Part shown: one piece after another, positions 54,576-64,000 of the stretch
How positions within the stretch are numbered: position 1 is the stretch's first letter
Layout of the letters: every line of letters begins with the position of its first letter
NCBI GenBank assembly: GCA_965112735.1
Contig: OZ218955.1
Coordinates: 1,488,001 to 1,552,000, forward strand
Direction: 5' to 3'
From: Phaeosaccion multiseriatum
Lineage: Eukaryota; Protista; Ochrophyta, other classes
DNA length: 64,000 nt
The notes under the pieces: model-generated
What the model saw: the letters and a program-made list of their open reading frames with translations, nothing else
Database searches by the model: none
What the model was told of the DNA's origin: nothing
Position numbers and translations under genes: made by a program

Positions 54576-54813
54576 TAGTGACGATAGAGGCAGTGCACTA
54601 AATAGTAGTAGTGACATATATATGTATATATATATATTTATATGTATAGTATGTAGAGATCGGCAATATCTGCGTCCGATCGCTATATTTGTGACCTTTG
54701 GCTACCCCCCCCCTCCCTCCCTCCCTCCCTCCCTCCCTCCCTCCCTTCTGCACCCTGTGAGGGTCCTGCCTGCCTCACAAGCTGTCATTAACGTAAGACC
54801 ACCCCTCACCCCC

Positions 54814-56634
54814 TCATTCGCTTTTCACCTCGGGCGGCTGTGGTGGCGGCTGCGGCAGCGGCGGCTGTTGTAGTACCAACCGCTCCTGCTGCTGCTCCTG
54901 TTGCCCCTCATCTTGCTGCCCCTGCTGTTCCTCCTCCCCCTCCTCCTGCTCCTCCCCCTCCTCCTCCCCCTCCTCCTGCCCCCCCTCCTGCTGCTCCTGC
55001 TCCTGCTCGGCATGCTCTGCAGCGTCCTTCTTCTCCGTCTGAAGTCTCTCCCGCTCCAACACAGCATTGTGTGTGTCCGCGTCTTCTCCCGCTTTCCAAA
55101 ACTCGTCCTTGGCCGTATCCAGGAAGGCGCACCAAGACCCCCAGAACTCTCTCTTGACATAGTTCAGGGGAGTAAAGCCCCGAGCGTCTCGCACCTATTA
55201 AGAGTTGTTACGTAAGAGTTGTTACGTAAGAGTTGGGTGAGGGTGATAGGGAGAGGGTCAGGATATCACGCACAAGTACTTGAGTTGTAGGGGAGTGAAG
55301 ACCGAAGACCCGAGCCCCGAATGCCCCAAAGACCGTCTCTCTCCCTCTCCCCCTCCCCCCCTCTCTCTACCTCCCTGTCTTTCTCTTCGCTCTCTCTCTC
55401 TCTCGCTCTCTCCCTCCCTCCCTCCCTCTCTCTTCTCTCTCTCGCTTTATCCACCCCCCCCCTTCCCTTCTCTCCCTCTCTCCCACTCTCTCACCTTGAT
55501 GAGCATTCGGTCTCTCTTCAAAATCTGCATGACAACGGCAAAGTAGGGCTCGCAGGTCCAGCAGGCATCGTGCAAAGGCGTTCTCCCGTAGTCGTCGCAG
55601 ATGCCCAGGTGGGCACCTCGTAGCAACATGACGGCAAAGAGCCGGGCGCTGCCCCTCCTCGCCGCCATGTGCAGCACGCTCTCACCGAACCGATTGCACG
55701 CGTTCATGCTCCGTCCCTCGTCCGCCAGCGCCTCCACTGCCGGGACGTTGCACTCTTTGACGGCTCGCATGAACTCCATATCATAGTCGGACACTTGCTT
55801 GGAGGTCGGGGCGGTGCGGTAGCAGGAGCGGAGGGCGGAGCGGTTGTCCACCACGTAGCCTCTGGACCGAAGAATTCCGTCCAAGTGCTCATCTGGACTG
55901 TGCGCCGAGGCAAGAGTGGGAATACTGAGCAAGTGCCGAAATGGCTCCTCGCTCTCCGCTCTCGCTGCCTTCTCCTGTGCCTCCGCCTCCCCTCTCTGGC
56001 GCCGCTGCTCCTGCTCCTGCTGCTGCGGCCGAATAGAGCTGAGCCCCAGGGCAAGACCCTGTGTTGGACCTGCAGGAGGGCGCACTGCTTCTGCTGCTAC
56101 TCCGGACGAGATGGAGGCAGGAGAAGAGGTGGAGGCAGCAGAGCCTTGATGGTTGCCGGCACCAACACAACTACACTCCTCCCTCCTGTTACTACATGCA
56201 CTGCAGCTCTGGCTGCTCCCGACAATTGCCCCACACAGAGAGGGCCGCAGGATTCTGGCAGTGATAGAGCCTCCCGCGCTGTTGTGGATCGGCAACTGCT
56301 CCATCAGGGACTCCCCCAGTGGCTGCATGACGCTATCACTCACACTGTTGCTGCGGGTCCGTCTCTCGGTCGATTCCTCCAGCCCTTCGCCATCTCCCTG
56401 ATGCCGCTGACGCGCATCGCGATGCTTCATCCGCTGCTGCTGTTGTGCCCGGAGCTGAGCCAACAGCTGTTCCTGCTGTTCTTCCTCTCCTTAAATTTAC
56501 CACTTCTTCGTACTAATTAATTAGTGCAGCGTCCCGTCGATACATACGAGTAGCACTTGCTGCAGCTGGTGCTCCTCCTCCCCGCCTGCCTCTCCGTCCT
56601 GGGCCTGGGCCTTGGGGGAACAGTTCTCGGTCAT
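54814..56634 (-). CDS. Ankyrin-repeat protein (about 3 exons)
   Basis: ACNRFGESVLHMAARRG; DDYGRTPLHDACW; last exon RDARGFTPLNYVKREFWGSWCAFL. Probable first exon MTENCSPK..QVLL (ATG 56634, donor GTATGT). Stop at 54814. Confidence 0.88.
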
Positions 56635-57096
56635 ACCCGTCCTGCCACCCCCGGCCTCGTGAGTCAGACACTCATCCGGAGCCAGTCTCAGCGGTTTTAT
56701 TATGAAACATGCGCACCTGCCTCTGTCTGGATGGCACACAATCCTCCTCAATATCTGTCAGAAGCCCGTACGTGTAGCAGTCATGAGTGAACAAGTAGAA
56801 GCAACCCCAATTCCTCTCTTCCCTCTCCATCGCTTGACCACAAAGGCAAATCGCCCAAACGCGTAGGTGGCAGGGCCTTAATTCAACTTACGTAATGTAT
56901 TTTGTATTTTTTTTTCCCCCCTCCTTTCCATTTCCTTCTTGATACCAGCCCCCACTACAACGTACTTCGAAGCTGAAGAGGCTGTTCCCCGTGCCCAGTC
57001 TCGACGTTCCGGCTCATGACCCCTCTCAATTCGTTGTCCACTCCAAAGAAAGTTGCTTCTCCGTCCTGTTCTCTCCTGCTTGTTGCTAGCTACTTC

Positions 57097-57563
57097 GGCC
57101 CCATGCACGCCTAGCGGCCTAGGCCTATTTGGGAGAATTGCCCGGCCTAGCGAGGGCCGCAGGCCCTCGGCCTATTTACATGCCGCCGCCTAGGCGGCCT
57201 AGGCGGGCCGGAGGCCCGCGCGGCCTAGGGCAGACGCCAGCTAACTAGGCTAGGCGGACGGTGGGAGTGCCCAGCCAGAGTGCAAAGAGTAGTCAGTTTC
57301 ATTGCATGGCTGGGATTGGAAGTGAGGAGCAGACTTGGGTCGTGTTGTCTCTTCCGCCTCGCTGGCCCTACGAGGAGTGCAGACCTACAGGTGTGCTGCT
57401 ACCCACTGGCTGGGCGGCACCACGCACGCGCCCACGGTCACTGGGAGGCTGCCTAGAGGCGGGCTATATAGGCCGCCTAGGACTGAAAAGTGAGCGGCCT
57501 AGATCGGCCGAAGGCCGAGCGGCCTAGCGGCCTAGAGCAAAACCGCTAGGCGTGCATGGGGCC
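57097..57563. mobile_element. MITE, 467 bp, perfect 21-bp TIR
   Basis: GGCCCCATGCACGCCTAGCGG (57097-57117) is the reverse complement of 57543-57563. Interior rich in CCTAG/CTAGG. No clear TSD. Confidence 0.8.
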
Positions 57564-57577
57564 AGTGCCAACTTACT

Positions 57578-57752
57578 GTCGACCCCTGACACGCTATCCG
57601 CTATCCGCTATCGCCGGCGCGCTATCCGCTATCCCGGCGCCAGCCAGCGCGCTATCCGCTATCGCCGGCGCCAGCCGGCACGCTATCCGCTATCGGCCGG
57701 CGGCCGATAGCGCACTATCGAGAAAGTGGGCGATAGTGTGTCAGGGGTCGAG
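57578..57752. mobile_element. MITE, 175 bp, 20-bp TIR, 6-bp TSD CTTACT
   Basis: TCGACCCCTGACACGCTATC (57579-57598) vs reverse complement of 57732-57751: 19/20. CTTACT at 57572-57577 and 57753-57758. Internal GCTATC(C) repeats. Confidence 0.85.
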
Positions 57753-57897
57753 CTTACTCCACAAGCAAGACCTTGTTCCTTCCCCCCCACCTACCAGATA
57801 GTACTCCTTCACTTCTTCTTAACCCGGAATGACCACTTCGTACCTATCCTACCCCACACGCATTGTAAGCGTATCGGCAGGACATCGACATTTGGTA

Positions 57898-58248
57898 TCG
57901 AGGTGGTCTTTTTCGGTCTAACTCGGGACAGTGGGCCGGGTGGTTATGAATTCAGTAACAAGGCCGTGTAGGAGGCAAAGGGGATAACAAGGACAAGGGC
58001 ATACAGGGCATTGAGGCAAGCGCAAGGAGAAGGACATCATGCATCAAGGGAGTGGTAGCTATGAGATGGAGTTATTTTTTTTATGACGTTGCTAACGTCC
58101 AGCTGATGATGTCCTCCTTGTCCTGACACTTGCCCCAATGCTCTGTGTGCCCTTGTCCTTGTCCCTTTTGCCTCCTACACGGCCTTGTCACTGAACCCAT
58201 AACCGCCCGGCCCACTGTCCCGAATTAGACCGAAATAGACGTCCTCAA
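57898..58248. repeat. Long imperfect inverted repeat (foldback), arms ~140 bp
   Basis: TTTCGGTCTAACTCGGGACAGTGGGCCGGGTGGTTATG...AAGGCCGTGTAGGAGGCAAA...GGACAAGGGC pairs with its reverse complement at ~58105-58245. Confidence 0.9.
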
Positions 58249-59079
58249 TTCCACTTTCCTGTCCATACACCTACACATTGGATGGCCCGCCAGCCTGGCG
58301 CGTCTCAATGGGGGCATACATGTTGGAATCCGTATCGTTGACAATTGAGGGACGCCTTGTACCTACGATCGGTCGGTCGGTTGGGTTTATCATGCTTGTC
58401 GCTGGGATGCAGGACAAGAAATTCTGGTGCCTCCTCCAAACAAACCATCCTAAAATCGAAATCAAAATAAATTAGAACGCCAATAAGGGGGTGGAGGAGG
58501 GTGCACGTACCCTCCTCCGCGATGATACTCAAGCACTCTCTCATCCCCCTCAAGGCTGGTGCACGCAGGAGAGCTACCTACCTGCCTAAACGGCTGAACG
58601 GCGCATTGTTCTGAAAATCCGCGAATCAACAACCTGTGAAACACGTCACTCGTCTGGATGAGTTGCGTGCGTATGCAGAGCTCCGTGACGCTCCTCCTAC
58701 CGCCTGCCCGCACCAAAGACTACTTATTGCCCTCGCTGGCTGTGGGCAAGCAGGCAGGGTCCCTCAAGCTGCGTACGGCATGGTTGCCGCCTCTTTTTGA
58801 TGGGTACGACAGTGGCTCAACGGAAGTGGAAAAGTGGAAAAGACGTTGGAAGTGTGCATGACATAACCCCAAAAAAAGTGCAAGTGCGTTTTGGACGCGT
58901 GACTTTGGCCAAATGTTAGGGGCATTTCTTTCTGTGTACACGTTTGTTTGTCTTGGCAAAACCATAGCTTGCGACAGGCCTGGCTGTAAATTTTCAAGCA
59001 GAGCAAAGACGGAGGAGAGGGTTGGGGTAGAGCGGGGCACAGCGAGGAGCAGACGCACGGGGGGAAAAGGGGCGTGGGG

Positions 59080-60036
59080 ATGGGGTTAAAGCGGGCGGCA
59101 GGTGGGACGGGTGAAGGGCATGTGTGCGGGGGTGGTTTGAAGAGGAGCAAGACGTTCAAGGAGGGGCTGGACTGCCTTGACAGTTCAGCGGCGGGCCGGA
59201 GCGCCTACATGCTGCGCAGGTCGTGCTTGGCCGGCGTGAGTGGGCTGGCAGTTGGATTTAGGACCGGGTTGGAGACTTCAAGCATGGGCCTACGTAGTGT
59301 GTCTGTGGATGCTTTGAAACCGGAGGGCAGCCTTTGCAGCGAGCACTGCTCGACCGTCGCCACTGCCACGGTGAGCAATTGCAGCAGCCGTAGTAGCTTG
59401 GAGGAGGACCACTGTAACTCTGCAGGCGGGAGGGGGCTGCTGGAGGAGGAGCAGGGACAGCAGGAGGGGAACGGGCAGGAACAGCAGCAACGCCAGCAAC
59501 AAACTGGTGAGGGAGACGACACCAGTAGTAGCTGCTACATCGGGGAGCGGGTGTGCGTAGAGACCAAGGAAGCAGTGCAGGAACAGGTGCAGCAGCAACA
59601 GCAACGCCGCCAACACACTGGGCAAGGAAACCAGGTTTCCGGCCTATCTTTTAGTTCCTTCGACGACGTTCCACTCTCTTTTCTGGAGGAGGGATTGAAC
59701 GACGTGGAAGAGGAGCATCTGGGCATGGTCGAGGTGGATAAAATCGGCAGCGACTTCTTCGGCACGACGGAGTGTCGAAAATACAGGGCAGAGAGCGACA
59801 CCTCGGGCTTCTTGCTCCGATATCACAACGCGATGGGCACTACTGCGGGGAAGAAAAAGTCATCCTCAACGGGGTCACTTCTCACCCTCCTCACTTCAGC
59901 TCGGGAGGACCCTCGCAGGTGTAGAGAGGCTCCTGCATTACTACACACACGGAGGAGCGGGTGGGAGAGCGAGCTCAGCGGCTTGGTTGGCGAGCTCAAG
60001 CACTTCAACCTCATTTCCAGCACATGTTTTGCGTGA
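59080..60036 (+). CDS. Hypothetical protein, single exon
   Basis: ~318-aa ORF (ATG 59080) of mostly non-repetitive composition. No recognisable domain. Confidence 0.55.
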   Translation: MGLKRAAGGTGEGHVCGGGLKRSKTFKEGLDCLDSSAAGRSAYMLRRSCLAGVSGLAVGFRTGLETSSMGLRSVSVDALKPEGSLCSEHCSTVATATVSNCSSRSSLEEDHCNSAGGRGLLEEEQGQQEGNGQEQQQRQQQTGEGDDTSSSCYIGERVCVETKEAVQEQVQQQQQRRQHTGQGNQVSGLSFSSFDDVPLSFLEEGLNDVEEEHLGMVEVDKIGSDFFGTTECRKYRAESDTSGFLLRYHNAMGTTAGKKKSSSTGSLLTLLTSAREDPRRCREAPALLHTRRSGWESELSGLVGELKHFNLISSTCFA

Positions 60037-60580
60037 CTCGACAGCTTATATACTTGATAGACAGCTACATAGATGTGAATAGATTTAGAGACATAATTCG
60101 AGGGGAAGGGGAAGAGATGTTGTAGGGGGGTGGGCACATACAAACACAACAAGCACCCCAGCCCTGTTTTTTCGAACGTAAATATGTATCGCCAGCAAGG
60201 TATGGGTATCGATAACAATATCAACTTAAGATTCTTACTGCATTGGCTCTCGACGGCTCTCGACCACTTTTGTACCCTTTTGTCTGACTGTACTGTGCAA
60301 TCAAATACTTTTGTCGCAATGCGTAGGTAGGTATACGCTTCATCTTCAACCTGACTCCGACAACAGACCTCCTCTATCTACAGTACCTGCGGCTCACCCC
60401 TCCATTCGTGCGTCGCTGTCTCGCTTCGCCGCACCCTCCTCCATCCCCCTTTCCCCTCCTTGTCTTGTCCATCCCCCTCCTCCCCACCCGCAAGCGCAGC
60501 AAGGGCCAGCCCCAGCTGCCCTCTCCCTCCCCCGCCCCGCCCCTTCGTCCTCTCTTCCGTGTTTCACTACCACTCGCGCC

Positions 60581-61138
60581 TTACTTTGCTGCCTCTGCAG
60601 CAGCAGGCTTCTTGCCCTCGTCAGCAGCCTCCCCCTTGCCCTCCCCCTTTTTCGCCCTGGCCGCCGCTCGCGCCGCACGTCTCTTGGCAAGATCCTCCTT
60701 CCTCTTGGCATGCGCTGCCTCGACCTTCTTCCTCTCTTCCGGCGTCAGGGTGGCCAGCCACAATGCCCTCCTCTCCGCGTTCTTGGCCTTTCTGGCGGCA
60801 GTCTGCTCGGGGGTCTCGTTCCTCCTAACCATCCGCTTGGCCATTCTCCTCGCCTTGACCCGTATCGCTCGCTTTGTCTCCCATGCCTCATGCTCCTCTG
60901 GGGTCATGGCCGCCAGTTTAGCCTCCCATTTGGCCTTCATGGCGGCTCTCTCCTCCGGTGTTGCATTCAGCCTGGCCTCCATCCTGGCCTCTCTGCGCTC
61001 CTCTCTCTTACCGTCCTTGTCTTCGTCCCCTGGGTCCGAGTCCTCGGAATCATCCTCGCTGGCTTCTGAGTCGGAGTCAGAGTCAGCCTCTTCTTCCTTC
61101 TTGGCCCTCCTCCGCGCCTGCCTCTCCTCCTTGGTCAT
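60581..61138 (-). CDS. Charged helical protein with (E/M/L)TPEE/Q repeats (STPR-like); may continue into a downstream exon
   Basis: MTKEERQARRRAKK..., ATPEERAAMKAK, MTPEEHEAWETK, NETPEQTAARKAK, LTPEERKK. The stop overlaps a GTAAGG donor. Confidence 0.65.
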   Translation of the reverse strand: MTKEERQARRRAKKEEEADSDSDSEASEDDSEDSDPGDEDKDGKREERREARMEARLNATPEERAAMKAKWEAKLAAMTPEEHEAWETKRAIRVKARRMAKRMVRRNETPEQTAARKAKNAERRALWLATLTPEERKKVEAAHAKRKEDLAKRRAARAAARAKKGEGKGEAADEGKKPAAAEAAK

Positions 61139-61677
61139 CTTCGCCTTCCCTCTTCCTCCTGCTCCTCGTGCTTCTCCTGTGGGCGGAAGAAGAACAAGAA
61201 CGAACAAGGAATAGGGATCTTAGGGGCGCCGAGGTAGCAGTACCAGTGGCATACAAGTGGCACAAGGGTGCTTGCGTGACGCTTCGAGGACTAGAACAGG
61301 ACGTACCACGAAGGGAAGGACCAGTACAGAACGTGCGGAGGAGGAGGAGGAGGAGGAGGAGGAACGAGCAACATGCTCCTCTCAGCACACCACCACACCA
61401 AATACTCATCCTGTATCCAGCGGGGAAAAGCAGCTGCTCCATCTCCACAAAGGACCTTCCTCTTACCTATTGGTTGCGAAGGGTTGCAGAGGCTCAAGCG
61501 GCGTTGAGGGGCGAATGGGCTGCAAACACAGGATATCAACCCTTACGAATAGCAAAAATGGCAGCACATCGGAAAACCAGGGAAAATGCGCGCGAAGCTG
61601 TCGCTGACTTATGAAGGTCGCCACCATCCCCCCCGAGCCTCCCCCCCAGGCTGAGGGAGCCTCGAAGGAGTCCGTAC

Positions 61678-64000
61678 ATGTCCATCGGGTTGGGGGGGTG
61701 GGCCTCCACCATGGGGGCGACGCTCTTCGCCACCAGCATCTCCCCCAGCAGCGTCTCTCTTGTACGCCCCCGATGTGCCTTCGCGAGCGGTGGCATTGCA
61801 GGGAAGAGGAGTAGCAAGGATAGGAGGAGAAGGAGGAGGACGTCCTCGCCCCTGCTCGAGAAGGAAGGTGATGCAACAGCGAAAAGGTGAGAACATGGAT
61901 GCCTCTGCCCTTGCTTTCCGAACAGCAATGTCAATCAGCGAGCGATTGCGGGCGAAGAGAGCCCATGGCGTGCAAACCCTATACTTCGAACTCAAGAGCC
62001 CTGCCCATGCACCCATCCTTTCCTTTCCTCCTTTCCTTTCCTTTCCTTTCTCTGAGCTGTATAGGAGAACGCAGACCCAAACGAGCTCGGAGGGCATTGC
62101 AGCCCCGGGATACATCCGGGCAGAAAATGTTCGCTGCTTGTTCCCTCGCAGCACAGGTAGCTGGTTCTTCTCTCTCTTCAACGTGCAGCCAGAAAACTCC
62201 CCACAGCAGCAGGGACTCTGGGACGCCTCCTTCTATGTCGAGGGCAATGGGCCCGTCGCCCTCGTGGGGGAAAGCGGCAGTGGAAAGACGTGAGTTTGGG
62301 GGGGGGGGGGGGGGGGACTAGAACCAATTGCACTGCTGTCCTACCCACCGCTGCTGGATGTAGTTGAGTCTTTGTTTCCCCACTGCAGTACCCTAGTGCT
62401 CCATCCAGTTTCTGTATCAGTTTATTGGCCCGTTGCCACTTGGGGGGGGGGGGGCGGATGCTCCAGAACGTGGACCCGTTCTTGCAATAAGCTCGGGGCG
62501 GTTTGTACGGAGACTGCGGTGGATAGAACCCCCTCACTCTACGTCCTAGTTGGTGTCGCGTCCGAAGCCCGCTTGCTATCACGTCAACCAACAAGCTTCC
62601 TGCCCCCCGCTGAGCTTTTACTGACAGCGAACTGCAGCCGACTAGGGCTGCCTCCTCCTCTGAAGCAGGCACTTACTTCTTCATACCCACCTCTCCTTCT
62701 CCGACTCACCTTCTCCGTCTTGCTCGCTCAGTACGGTGCTAAAGCTCCTCGCAGGGATGTACTCCCCCACCCCCATCGCCTCGTCCTCGTCGTCATCATC
62801 GTCGCCCGAAGCTCCACCCCCGCCACCTGCCTCCTCCTCCTCCTCCTCCTCCTCCTCCTCCTCCTCCTCCTCCTCCTCCTCCGTGCTTGACATGAACGGC
62901 GGCCTGCTGGGCACGGCCGAGCTCTACGGAGTGGACAACACGAGCAAGCACGCCCCGCTGCCCCCTCGCGTGCCCCTCACCACCTTGGTCCTGCGGGAAA
63001 TGGCCAAGGCCGAAGCAGAGGCCAGCGCAAGTGCTGCTGCTGCTAAAGCTACTGCTACTGCTGCTTCTGGTGATGTTGATGAGGATGATGATGTATCGCC
63101 ATCTGCTACAGATGGTGGTGGTGGTGGTGGTGGTGGTGGTGGTGGTGGTGGCAGTGGTGGTGCAGCCGCCGAAAAGCAACAGGGTGTTGTTCGCCTACGA
63201 CGCGGTGACGTAGCAACAGGTGATGTTAAAGCAGCAGCAGCAGCAGCGGCGGCGGCGGCGGCGGCACGGAGGGAGCTTGAGCTGTGGGAGCTAAGCCGAC
63301 ACGTGGACGGGGCTACACTCTCCACCCCGGGGGACTTGAACAGGAGCGATTACCTGCGAATGGCGCTGTGCTTGGCCACCGTCAGAGCAAGGGCCAAGAG
63401 ACACGCGCAGATGGCACTTCAACAACAACAGCCGCCCGTTGATGCTACAGCAGCAGCTGCAGCAGTTGGTGATACAGCGGGGCCAGAGGCAGCGGTGACA
63501 GAAGCGTCGGTGGGAGAGTCAGCAACGAACTCTCCACCTTCCTCGACTCGGAAACCTTCCTCCCTCTTCCCGCCGGTTCTGTGTCTGGACGAGCTGCTCG
63601 ATACAGAAGACCCCCGAGGTAGGGTAGGGTGGGGTAGGGTAGGGTAGGGTAGGGTAGGGTAGGGTAGGGTAGGGTGGGGTAGGGTGGGGTAGGGTAGGGT
63701 AGGGTAGGGTAGGGTAGGGTAGGGTGGGGTAGGGTGGGGTGGGGTAGGGTGGGGTAGGGTGGGGTGGGGTAGGGTAGGAGGTGTATCGGGCAAGTAGGCT
63801 TGAGCAAGTACCGACGTGAGGCGGGCGAGCAGGTAGTGCTCGTCGGTACTTGCTCGAGCGCCCCTCCTCTTTGACACATACATGCGTTGTCTCTCTCTCT
63901 CTCTCTCTGTGTGCATGTGTGTGTGTGTGTGCATGTGTGCGTGTGTGTGTGTGTGTGTGTGCGCGTGTGTGTGTGTGCATGTGTGCGTGTGTGTGTGTGT
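61678..64000 (+). CDS. ABC-type ATPase domain protein, multi-exon, truncated at window end; start uncertain
   Basis: Walker A PVALVGESGSGKT (~62260-62290), spliced to VLKLLAGMYSP. Degenerate signature (DLNRSDYLRMALCLA). Walker B PPVLCLDELLD (~63570-63600). Confidence 0.7.

Noticed and set aside
63619-63776. Telomere-like (GGGTA)n; also single CTAACCC motifs at 18048-18178
   Set aside because: Both start at intron donors inside genes and are not tandem TTAGGG arrays.

Overview
Intron-rich, microsatellite-laden eukaryotic nuclear DNA, probably a flagellated stramenopile/ochrophyte alga (inference from gene families). Host genes, in order: a truncated ankyrin gene (-), a beta-helix multi-pass membrane protein (+), a BTB/KCTD protein (-), a Glu-rich p25alpha/EF-hand-like protein (+), a DHHC palmitoyltransferase (-), CFAP57/WDR65 (+), a second ankyrin protein (-), two hypothetical proteins and a truncated ABC-type ATPase (+). 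The main finding lies between the divergent DHHC and CFAP57 genes: a ~14.1-kb element (21127-35273) bounded by 24-bp terminal inverted repeats and an imperfect target-site duplication. It carries a spliced gene (>=25205-35120, ~2,800 aa once one 1-nt frameshift is corrected). The gene joins an RGG/NLS-rich region, an intact zinc-dependent deaminase domain (HAE-x26-PCxxC) and a C-terminal Fanzor2/IS607-TnpB-type RuvC and zinc ribbon with all three catalytic acids. This is a candidate natural RNA-guided deaminase-Fanzor fusion. The window also has several MITE/foldback elements, a higher-order satellite, and introns whose ends carry reiterated splice signals or mutually complementary repeats. 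All exon models were read by eye and no searches were run.
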